DNA of 64,000 nucleotides. It comes from Eukaryota sp. TZLM1-RC (Eukaryota; Protista; Metamonada: BaSk clade). The notes under the pieces are model-generated. The model did not search any database. It was given only the letters and a program-made list of their open reading frames with translations, and had not been told where the DNA came from. Positions 34,137 to 45,500 of this stretch are shown here, one piece after another; the stretch's first letter is position 1; each line of letters starts with the position of its first letter. The stretch spans positions 2,046,001-2,110,000 of the forward strand of contig JAUPSS010000002.1 of assembly GCA_040285825.1 (NCBI GenBank), read 5' to 3'. Made by a program: the position numbers and the translations under genes.

Positions 34137-34531
34137 GATGAAAGAGTCTATAACAGTCTTATCTTAGTGCTGGCTTTCATTTAACTGTTGGTGTATTTGG
34201 GTATTTTTTGTTGAACAAGATCAAAATTGTTAGCATTCAGCATTAACATAGATTGTAAAAAGTTATTTAATACAAACATTGGTGGTTGTGTCCGTAGTGT
34301 TCATGCTTTCAGCTTAATTCTCACATGAACAATTATTGAGATTGTGGTGTAAATTAGATCTATTTTTTTGATTCAAGTATTTTACAACAAGCTGTCGTCA
34401 GAGAACAAAGATTAGAAAAGTTCCATCAAAGAAATTACAAACAAAGAAGTGATCTGTATTGTAAAGTTGAAAACGGATTGAACAATACTAAAGCACATGT
34501 ACAAAAATCATTTATATAAAAGATATCATGA

Positions 34532-36104
34532 TCAACACAACATATCAGGAGTCCTATTGACTGGACAAACAAGATTCATGTCCTTATATGGGCGAATAGA
34601 GTTGTAGAAAGGCCAGCTTTCAACAGGCATCCAATAATTACCCAACAATTGACAGATTGGATAATCCCCAAGACCACATTCAATTGGCTTGTCGTCCCAA
34701 GACTTTTTATAAATATCAAGCTGCATGACATCCTTAGGGGTAAACTCGGTAGCAACAATAGACTGGGCTACTCTGGGTTCGAAAACACCAGCTTCCCTTA
34801 GCATAGCAACAGCAAATGCTGAACAGATGAGTTCATTTTTTCCATTATAAAGCCATTCGTCCTTTTCGGGAATTGACATTAACTGTGCCCAATTCATTTT
34901 ACCTTGTTGGGCTAGATATTTGGTCACATCTTCTATTGAGTTGAGGTTATAATTATTCAAGCGATGGCGCATTCCTTCCAGAACGAGCACATCAATTTTG
35001 TCCTTGGCAAATGACTCTGCTAGTTTGAGTCCAGCTAATAGGAAATGCCAATCAATATTCTTGGGTAGAGTTTGAGTTTCAGTATCAAAGAAGGAAAAGA
35101 AAAAATTGTGATAACCATAAGGTTGGTGTTCACGAACCTTAAAGAAATTAAACGCCGCAGTATTGTTAAACTTCTTGGATAAATCATCTCTTAAAGGAAG
35201 AACAACAGCATTGGCATGCTTCTCCAGGGCCTTCCACTGTGCAAAAGGCAACGCAGTGATACCCTTTCGGAGAGTCGGAGAGGGATCAACATCCTGGAAG
35301 GGGGCATCATCTTGGCTTTCACTAATTAACAGCTCACCAGTAAAAGGATCGCGGATGACAATACAGACGTGGCCGGTAGCTGCTCCAGTGCTGCGGTAAG
35401 GAATGACCCGGATACAAACCCAAAGGAAATCATACTAGAGAGTCCAGTCATACTTGTAGTAATGATGATATCCCCAGGACGAAGGACTGAGGGATCGACA
35501 TCAAACTCCTGCTGTCTAGGAACAAAGTCAATATTGAGTGCTTCCTTGAAGAACTTGAGGTTCTCCTGCTCACTCTTCTTTCCCATGAACAGATGAATGG
35601 TGTGCCAGATGTCTTCGACTAAATGAATAAGATTGTCTTGGATGTGGAAAAGGTAGATACTTGAGTAAATAGTGAGATGTAGAAAACAAACCCATTTGCA
35701 ATAGCATCTTTGAACTGGTGGTCGTTCAGTTTGAAACTCCAATCATGTACACCATGACGGACCGCCGTCTTGACGTTGACAGAATTCATGGTGGCGATTA
35801 CATAAGAATCCATGCAGAAAAAACTATTGGGGTTGGAGGCATCAAGAGAAAGTGAAACATCTTTGTTCTTGTGATCGAAAAAAACGCTTACCGTGTTGTT
35901 CCTGAAACAATGAGCCTTGAAATGATGACGATAAGAAGGGCCGTGAGCTTGAGTAAAGTGGACCACCAACCGGGGAAGGAAATCGTAGTATTTAAGATCT
36001 GCAACAGAAGTACTTCCAACATTGGGGGGAGCAACTGCACCAGCAAGAATCATCATTACTGAGAGAATAACGACACATAGCGTGAATGACGATATAATCA
36101 CCAT
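34532..36104 (-). CDS. Secreted permuted papain-like (NlpC/P60, YaeF/YiiX-type) protein, ~503 aa, introns 35660-35691 and 35391-35419
   Basis: Signal peptide; 32- and 29-nt GT-AG introns join three ORFs; RPGDII, TGHVC, ISES, PYGY, ICSAF..EFTPKD with the permuted His-before-Cys order. Confidence 0.7.
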
Positions 36105-36172
36105 TATAACAGATGACGTCTATAACAATGAAATAAGTGTCCTTTTTACACCGATGTAGAGGAACTGAGTTA
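36105..36172 (-). promoter_or_regulatory. Fanzor-D right end/leader: from the reconstructed Fanzor stop (TAA 36172-36170) to the host ATG
   Basis: Joins in frame to the Fanzor C-terminus once the TSD-flanked insert 36208-36793 is removed. Confidence 0.85.
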
Positions 36173-36207
36173 TTGGGAAATGGAAGATTTTCTTCTGGAT
36201 ACTTTTT

Positions 36208-36793
36208 GTATTCATTTAATAAGGAATATGAAAACATACAATACACAACTAAAACTCCACATCCTCAAAATCTGCCTCCCCTACATCAAAACAATTAATT
36301 GCTAAAGATTCATAAAATTTGCCAAAAGAAGAGAGTGAATCAGAAACTAATTTTACCATTCCCTTAAAAATGGGACATACAATCCTGTCCTGCCAGTAAA
36401 ACGATTGAAAATTCTTCCAGTTCTTTCCTTTACAACTACAACAAAATCCTCAATGAAAGCCATAGCAGCCTTACCTAGAGATCCAAGCAACGAAAAAACA
36501 AAGGGATATAAATTATATTGGGCATGAGAATTTTTGTAGCGCGTACTATCAATAGTGGGGTCATTAAGAATTAATTTTGATAACAAAGGCTCTGAAAAGG
36601 AATCTACTCGATAAGATTTACACATTACATAAATTTGGTCCCTGACATTATTATCCACTTTACTTCTAAATGTAATGAAATGTTGACAGTTCAAAAGATG
36701 AGTAAACAAAAGAGGTTTACCACATTTACTTGTTAATTGATTGGGCAAATTGTTTGGCCATTGAAAACAACGAAAACGCATGTTTAAGAGCCA
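36208..36793 (-). mobile_element. 5'-truncated CRE-like retroposon with an ~18-bp target-site duplication
   Basis: WLLNMRFRCFQWP..HLLNC..FRSKV..VRDQ..YPFVFSLLGSLG; flanking direct repeats ttcttctggatacttttt (36190-36207) and ttcttcttgataccttttt (36794-36812). Confidence 0.8.
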
Positions 36794-37097
36794 TTCTTCT
36801 TGATACCTTTTTCTTTGAACCTTTGTCAATCTTGACTCTCTGCAGGTATTCCGGTCTTTCTCCACCATTTACATGTGCTTTCATCACTGCCAACATATTA
36901 AGCGAAGCATTTCGATCTCTATTCCACAAACTTTCGCATGATTTACATCGGAATGTTTCAACTGTTCTCTCCGCTTTCTTACAGTTGAAACAACAGCAAC
37001 TGGTTCGAAACTCATCAATCAAAAAGACCTTATAACCAGCCTTTTTAAATAGAATTCTCAACCCTTTTCCTTTGGTAGGTTCTTTGAATTTCACCAT
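36794..37097 (-). pseudogene. Fanzor family D C-terminal fragment
   Basis: KFKEPTKGKG, RuvC-II IDEFRTS, CFNC, CKSC, RuvC-III WNRDRNASLNM, ERPEYLQR. Confidence 0.88.
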
Positions 37098-39531
37098 GAG
37101 AGTTTAAGAGAAAACAAACCTTTGTATTTGGACTTTCTTACTCTGAATTTCACCTATCATGCATTATCCTGTGAAATTCACTCCTGTTTTCACCTTTCTC
37201 AATGTCTACTCACAGGCTGTAGGAGACATGTAGCGTCTTTCGATAAAGACAGTCATGATCTTCATCAATGGGCTACCTCACTTGAATACACCTACTGCTT
37301 TCACAGAACAAAGCCTTGCGACTTGATGTATCTAAGTGGATCTACCAAATGCTACTAGGGCATTTGTGGATCAGTCTCAAAAGGTTTTTATTTTCAAAAT
37401 AAAATAATAAACTCAAAATAAAATATCAGTTTTTCAAAAGTTTTTGTTTCTGTATGCTCAGGTTGCCCATTTATCTCCTCAACAGGTCTTCTGGGCAAAT
37501 GTATCGTTCCGGCCACAATTCCGCTTTCTTCTTAATTTGAATATTTTTTGCAGCGGAAATATCTCTGTCATTTACTATTTGACACTCAGTACAAATACGT
37601 ATCTGCCATGAGCCTGCTTGATATTCTCAGCCATGCAACAACTAGACAGTTTGCTTGTATTAAATTCACTGGTTGACAAGTGCTTCACGTCCTTTTGATA
37701 ACACAACCATTTTTTGAAAGCCCTTGCTGATCCATATCGATTGAGTTTTCGGCAATGAGAAGGGAAATTAGCAGAACCCACAGCAAGGTAGAGTTTTTCA
37801 GATTGTCAGTCAGCCTTTGAAACTTGTTGAGACTCTCTCTGAACCGTCTCTCTTTTCGTCTGCGTTTATCAAATTTAATTATTTTCCATTTCTGGCGATT
37901 ACTTTCCAAGTACACTTTCCTCCTGACCAAATTCCAATGGTTCAAATATTGGTTGAAATTTTGAACGGAATATTGGTTGGGAGAGTGTTTACTAGGTGAA
38001 GGTTTTGTCATGTATCTTCTGCCAGTTGGACAAGGAAAAATTCCACATTGATTATCATTTAAGAAGTAACCTCATAATCTAGATTGGCCCAGATCATTGC
38101 CAATAAGGGGCCTTTCACGTGAAATTTCGACTGAATATCTACGTCTTCGACGGGACATTCAATTAGTGCCCTTCAATTGTGTTTCTCTGGTTTTGTTGGC
38201 ATCAGGGTCACTTTTCATTTCTTTTTTTAATCTTCTTTTCTTTTTTAATGGTTCATTCAGCTCATTTGTGTTTTCTGAGTCATTATTTTTTCTTTGAAAT
38301 ATCAACAGCAGTTCATTACCATTAGTTTTCAATAAAAAAATTTTAAACCTATTTTTCAAACTTTTTTGTTGATATTAAGTTTTATTAGGTTTTTCATAAG
38401 GGCATTGTTTGAATATTCGTTTCAGACATGTATTTTTGACGAACTTTGTTTTGGAAGATGATCCTTCAATAAGGTGAACTTTTTTTCAAAAAGTGGAGAA
38501 CATGTGAAGGGACCTCAAGAAATTTAGAACATTTATAAGAAGCTGCAGCTAATAAGAAGCTGCAGAGGTATAATTCTACATTTGTTCCAGTAATGCATAT
38601 GAGAAACAAAAGTTAGTTAGTATTGTGAAATTTCCACATTAAAGAGAAAAAGCTCAAAAATTTCCTTCGATAAAAAGGTGATTCTATCACTTGAAGATAG
38701 TAAGTAAGCAGTGGTAAAAAATCTTTTAAAGATATTAACAATAAAATTACCTGCATTTAATAAACAGAATCTTTCTCTTGAATGATAAAGATGGAAATTG
38801 ATTTAGGGTTCGAGAAACAAAAGAATAACTACTTCTTTGAGTTGCTCCTCTTCTGTTATTTCACTAGCTTCTAGAGGTGCTAAGGGTTCATCTGGTATAA
38901 GAGAAAGAAGATAATTGGCAACGGCATTCTTTTTATCCAGTGCTCTACAATGAGCACTAATGAAGTTTCTTGTCCAGGATTGACAAATTTTAGGTAAACT
39001 TGTCTCAACATTAGATGCCAATTGACGAGCTCACAAGCAAGGTAAGGAGAAAGTACTTTTCTATTAATAAAATTGCGTTTCTGTGACTGCAGCCAATCAT
39101 TGAGAAAAATATAGAATGGATTTTTATAGGGAACTGGAGAATTTGCCCAAGTAGGAACGAGAACACCTGTCTTGTGGGGATTCAGGAAGGAATCCATTGT
39201 AAAAGATATGGAGTAATTGCCGTTGGCCTTTAGATGTGGAAGGCTTTGGAAAAAACAAGAAACAGTGGTGATGACGGTCATAAAAAGATACCATACATCC
39301 TGTTCCACTAAAGCTCTAGATGCCAACAGAAAATTCAGAAAAAAAGATTGAAGCAATAAAGAAGCTTCATGGCAAATCTCGGTGACCAAAGGAAGGTCAG
39401 CCCGAATTTGTTTCACTAAAGTAGGGGTCAGCAGCGAGTTAAGTGCACAAGACCGAGTGAATACACGTGACACAGCGGGGGTGTCTGACACGTAGTGAGA
39501 ATAAACAGCTCATCTCTCAAATTTTACACTT
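37098..39531 (-). mobile_element. Fanzor family B, near full length, decayed, with a hairpin-rich 3' region
   Basis: Left end shared with 7377; RuvC-I IGNDLG (~38090), WGSANF, RuvC-II SEFNTSK, CTEC..NDRDISAAKNI; stop at 37471-37473; the right boundary is approximate. Confidence 0.8.
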
Positions 39532-42500
39532 GTCGACTTTTCTCTTGCTCCATAAGGAAGGGAGCTGCTCGAATGCATAAAGGTCCATTGATTCGAGGTA
39601 AGGCTCCGTGTCCTTGTTATGAGTTTGTAGAATCTATCACTGGAGTCATTTTCCTGTCTTCGGAATTTGCTTCCATGAAGGAGGGAGCTGCTCAAACAAA
39701 CAGTAATTTGTAGGTTCGAGGTGAGCCTCCGCATCCTTCATGATATGTTGGCGAAATTCTTTCTCTTCGTCATCCAGTTCGTCCAAAACGGACTGCAGTT
39801 CTTCATATCCTTGAAGGACTGTCGACGTTTCCGAACATGAACCAACATTTGCGTTTTTTGGTGAGGAGGGGGGTGGTCCCGTTCCTGAACCCTTTTGTGG
39901 CATTAAGTTGGACTTGGAAGATGCGGGAGGTGGTTCCGTGCCTGATTCCATCATTTTGAACTTGGAAGATGCGGGAGGTGGTTCCGTGCCTGTTATCATC
40001 GGTTTTCCTTGAGGAGGGGCGGAGGGTGGTCTCAAGCCCGAGTCCTCGACTTTACTTATCTCTACTACTTCTCCTACTACTAATGTTTGTATGCTAATTG
40101 CATCCCTGTTATGTTCCTGTATGTTAGTTGTAATAGTGTCGGTGTTTTGGCTGAAAAAGACTGACATGATATCTGCTAAAGATATCCTCTGTAGAAAAGC
40201 TGTGTGTTATCAAAGTGGTATACCTATAACCTTGATGGCCAATAATTATTGTTGCCTTAGGTTGCAAAAGTGGTTGAGAGAAAAAGAATGAGGAAAAAGT
40301 TCATTTATTTTCTAATCATAACATATAAGCCTTAGGGCGCCAACACTGCTTCTTCCCTTTTTCACAATAAATCAGCTTATATGAATATGAAACAAAACTA
40401 TAACAAATAACTAAATAACTATAAATACTAAGAACTAAATACTGAATTCTACTGTTTTCTATTGTCTACAATTATCTTTGTAGTGATTGAAATTCACACA
40501 AACACTGGGTTCACATTTTGAAGATCGACAATTGATGTACTATGACTCTCCCAGAACAATGTTAGTATAAGGTAGTCAGCAATAACTGAAAAGGGCCTCG
40601 TTCCAAGATCTGTGTGTTTGAATACTTTGTTGTGTATGTTTTAGTCGCTACATAAAGATGCTCTACTTCTTCCCTTTTTCGTAAACGAGAAACGTGGTAG
40701 TGTCGTTTAGTAAAGGTATCATGGAATCGAAGAATGGATTCGCTGATGATTATGCAGGGTCTACGTTGGATCAAAAACAACAGTAAGCAAAGTAACAAAC
40801 CTCAGAGACCTGAAGGTGGCGTATTTTGTTGTTAAAGTACTGGCTTTACGACTAAAAATATCAGAGGAGCAAGGACCATATCTTTGCATTGTAGTATCAT
40901 AATAGTGGAGGTGGAGTTTCTACTCGTAACCTCGGATTTGGTCGACTTTTCTCTTGCTTAATAAGGAAGGGAGCTGCTCGAATGCATAAAGGTCCATTGA
41001 TTCGAGGTAAGGCTCCGTGTCCTTGTTATGAGTTTGTAGAATCTATCACTGGAGTCATTTTCCTGTCTTCGGAATTTGCTTCCATGAAGGAGGGAGCTGC
41101 TCAAACAAACAGTAATTTGTAGGTTCGAGGTGAGCCTCCGCATCCTTCATGATATGTTGGCGAAATTCTTTCTCTTCGTCATCCAGTTCGTCTAAAACGG
41201 ACTGCAGTTCTTCATATCCTTGAAGGACTGTCGACGTTTCCGAACATGAACCAACATTTGCGTTTTTTGGTGAGGAGGGGGGTGGTCCCGTTCCTGAACC
41301 CTTTTGTGGCATTAAGTTGGACTTGGAAGATGCGGGAGGTGGTTCCGTGCCTGATTCCATCATTTTGGACTTGGAAGATGCGGGAGGTGGTTCCGTGCCT
41401 GTTATCATCGGTTTTCCTTGAGGAGGGGCGGAGGGTGGTCTCAAGCCCGAGTCCTCGACTTTACTTATCTCTACTACTTCTCCTACTACTAATGTTTGTA
41501 TGCTAATTGCATCCCTGTTATGTTCCTGTATGTTAGTTGTAATAGTGTCGGTGTTTTGGCTGAAAAAGACTGACATGATATCTGCTAAAGATATCCTCTG
41601 TAGAAAAGCTGTGTGTTATCAAAGTGGTATACCTATAACCTGAATGGCCAATAATTATTGTTGCCTTAGGTTGCAAAAGTGGTTGAGAGAAAGAGAATGA
41701 GGAAAAAGTTCATTTATTTTCTAATCATAACATATAAGCCTTAGGGCGCCAACACTGCTTCTTCCCTATTTCACAATAAATCAGCTTATATGAATATGAA
41801 ACAAAACTATAACAAATAACTAAATAACTATAAATACTAAGAACTAAAGACTGAATTCTACTGTTTTCTATTGTCTACAATTATCTTTGTAGTGATTGAA
41901 ATTCACACAAACACTGGGTTCACATTTTGAAGATCGACAATTGATGTACTATGACTCTCCCAGAACAATGTTAGTATAAGGTAGTCAGCAATAACTGAAA
42001 AGGGCCTCGTTCCAAGATCTGTGTGTTTGAATACTTTGTTGTGTATGTTTTAGTCACTACATAAAGATGCTCTACTTCTTCCCTTTTTCGTAAACGAGAA
42101 ACGTGGTAGTGTCGTTTAGTAAAGGTATCATGGAATCGAAGAATGGATTCGCTGATGATTATGCAGGGTCTACGTTGGATCAAAAACAACAGTAAGCAAA
42201 GTAACAAACCTTAGAGACCTGAAGGTGGCGTATTTTGTTGTTAAAGTACTGGCTTTACGACTAAAAATATCAGAGGAGCAAGGACCATATCTTTGCATTG
42301 TAGTATCATAATAGTGGAGGTGGAGTTTCTACTCGTAACCTCGGATTTGGTCGACTTTTCTCTTGCTTCATAAGGAAGGGAGCTGCTCGAATGCATAAAG
42401 GTCCATTGATTCGAGGTAAGGCTCCGTGTCCTTGTTATGAGTTTGTAGAATCTATCACTGGAGTCATTTTCCTGTCTTCGGAATTTGCTTCCATGAAGGA

Positions 42501-45500
42501 GGGAGCTGCTCAAACAAACAGTAATTTGTAGGTTCGAGGTGAGCCTCCGCATCCTTCATGATATGTTGGCGAAATTCTTTCTCTCATCCAGTTCGTCTAA
42601 AACGGACTGTAGTTCTTCATATCCTTGAAGGACTGTCGAAGTTTCCGAACATGAACCAACATTTGCGTTTTGTGGTGAGGAGGGGGGTGGTCCCGTTCCT
42701 GAACCCTTTTGTGGCATTAAGTTGGACTTGGAAGATGCGGGAGGGGGTTCCGTGCCTGATTCCATCATTTTGGACTTGGAAGATGCGGGAGGTGGTTCCG
42801 TGCCTGTTATCATCGGTTTTCCTTGAGGAGGGGCGGAGGGTGGTCTCAAGCCCGAGTCCTCGACTTTACTTATCTCTACTACTTCTCCTACTACTAATGT
42901 TTGTATGCTAATTGCATCCCTGTTATGTTCCTGTATGTTAGTTGTAATAGTGTCGGTGTTTTGGCTGAAAAAGACTGACATGATATCTGCTAAAGATATC
43001 CTCTGTAGAAAAGCTGTGTGTTATCAAAGTGGTATACCTATAACCTAAATGGCCAATAATTATTGTTGCCTTAGGTTGCAAAAGTGGTTGAGAGAAAGAG
43101 AATGAGGAAAAAGTTCATTTATTTTCTAATCATAACATGTAAGCCTTAGGGCGCCAACACTGCTTCTTCCCTTTTTCACAATAAATCAGCTTATATGAAT
43201 ATGAAACAAAACTATAACAAATAACTAAATAACTATAAATACTAAGAACTAAATACTGAATTCTACTGTTTTCTATTGTCTACAATTATCTTTGTAGTGA
43301 TTGAAATTCACACAAACACTGGGTTCACATTTTGAAGATCGACAATTGATGTACTATGACTCTCCCAGAACAATGTTAGTATAAGGTAGTCAGCAATAAC
43401 TGAAAAGGGCCTCGTTCCAAGATCTGTGTGTTTGAATACTTTGTTGTGTATGTTTTAGTCGCTACATAAAGATGCTCTACTTCTTCCCTTTTTCGTAAAC
43501 GAGAAACGTGGTAGTGTCGTTTAGTAAAGGTATCATGGAATCGAAGAATGGATTCGCTGATGATTATGCAGGGTCTACGTTGGATCAAAAACAACAGTAA
43601 GCAAAGTAACAAACCTCAGAGACCTGAAGGTGGCGTATTTTGTTGTTAAAGTACTGGCTTTACGACTAAAAATATCAGAGGAGCAAGGACCATATCTTTG
43701 CATTGTAGTATCATAATAGTGGAGGTGGAGTTTCTACTCGTAACCTCGGATTTGGTCGACTTTTCTCTTGCTTAATAAGGAAGGGAGCTGCTCGAATGCA
43801 TAAAGGTCCATTGATTCGAGGTAAGGCTCCGTGTCCTTGTTATGAGTTTGTAGAATCTATCACTGGAGTCATTTTCCTGTCTTCGGAATTTGCTTCCATG
43901 AAGGAGGGAGCTGCTCAAACAAACAGTAATTTGTAGGTTCGAGGTGAGCCTCCGCATCCTTCATGATATGTTGGCGAAATTCTTTCTCTTCGTCATTCAG
44001 TTCGTCCAAAACGGACTGCAGTTCTTCATATCCTTGAAGGACTGTCGACGTTTCCGAACATGAACCAACATTTGCGTTTTTTGGTGAGGAGGGGGGTGGT
44101 CCCGTTCCTGAACCCTTTTGTGGCATTAAGTTGGACTTGGAAGATGCGGGAGGTGGTTCCGTGCCTGATTCCATCATTTTGAACTTGGAAGATGCGGGAG
44201 GTGGTTCCGTGCCTGTTATCATCGGTTTTCCTTGAGGAGGGGCGGAGGGTGGTCTCAAGCCCGAGTCCTCGACTTTACTTATCTCTACTACTTCTCCTAC
44301 TACTAATGTTTGTATGCTAATTGCATCCCTGTTATGTTCCTGTATGTTAGTTGTAATAGTGTCGGTGTTTTGGCTGAAAAAGACTGACATGATATCTGCT
44401 AAAGATATCCTCTGTAGAAAAGCTGTGTGTTATCAAAGTGGTATACCTATAACCTAAATGGCCAATAATTATTGTTGCCTTAGGTTGCAAAAGTGGTTGA
44501 GAGAAAGAGAATGAGGAAAAAGTTCATTTATTTTCTAATCATAACATATAAGCCTTAGGGCGCCAACACTGCTTCTTCCCTTTTTCACAATAAATCAGCT
44601 TATATGAATATGAAACAAAACTATAACAAATAACTAAATAACTATAAATACTAAGAACTAAATACTGAATTCTACTGTTTTCTATTGTCTACAATTATCT
44701 TTGTAGTGATTGAAATTCACACAAACACTGGGTTCACATTTTGAAGATCGACAATTGATGTACTATGACTCTCCCAGAACAATGTTAGTATAAGGTAGTC
44801 AGCAATAACTGAAAAGGGCCTCGTTCCAAGATCTGTGTGTTTGAATACTTTGTTGTGTATGTTTTAGTCGCTACATAAAGATGCTCTACTTCTTCCCTTT
44901 TTCGTAAACGAGAAACGTGGTAGTGTCGTTTAGTAAAGGTATCATGGAATCGAAGAATGGATTCGCTGATGATTATGCAGGGTCTACGTTGGATCAAAAA
45001 CAACAGTAAGCAAAGTAACAAACCTCAGAGACCTGAAGGTGGCGTATTTTGTTGTTAAAGTACTGGCTTTACGACTAAAAATATCAGAGGAGCAAGGACC
45101 ATATCTTTGCATTGTAGTATCATAATAGTGGAGGTGGAGTTTCTACTCGTAACCTCGGATTTGGTCGACTTTTCTCTTGCTTAATAAGGAAGGGAGCTGC
45201 TCGAATGCATAAAGGTCCATTGATTCGAGGTAAGGCTCCGTGTCCTTGTTATGAGTTTGTAGAATCTATCACTGGAGTCATTTTCCTGTCTTCGGAATTT
45301 GCTTCCATGAAGGAGGAGCTGCTCAAACAAACAGTAATTTGTAGGTTCGAGGTGAGCCTCCGCATCCTTCATGATATGTTGGCGAAATTCTTTCTCTTCG
45401 TCATCCAGTTCGTCTAAAACGGACTGCAGTTCTTCATATCCTTGAAGGACTGTCGACGTTTCCGAACATGAACCAACATTTGCGTTTTTTGGTGAGGAGG

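Noticed and set aside
36105-36125. Helitron 3' end (hairpin + CTRR)
   Set aside because: No conserved CTRR terminus and no Rep/helicase remnants
31410-36171. Shared leader as a relict spliced leader from retroposed mRNAs
   Set aside because: One carrier gene retains two introns, and the sequence is contiguous with a Fanzor stop codon
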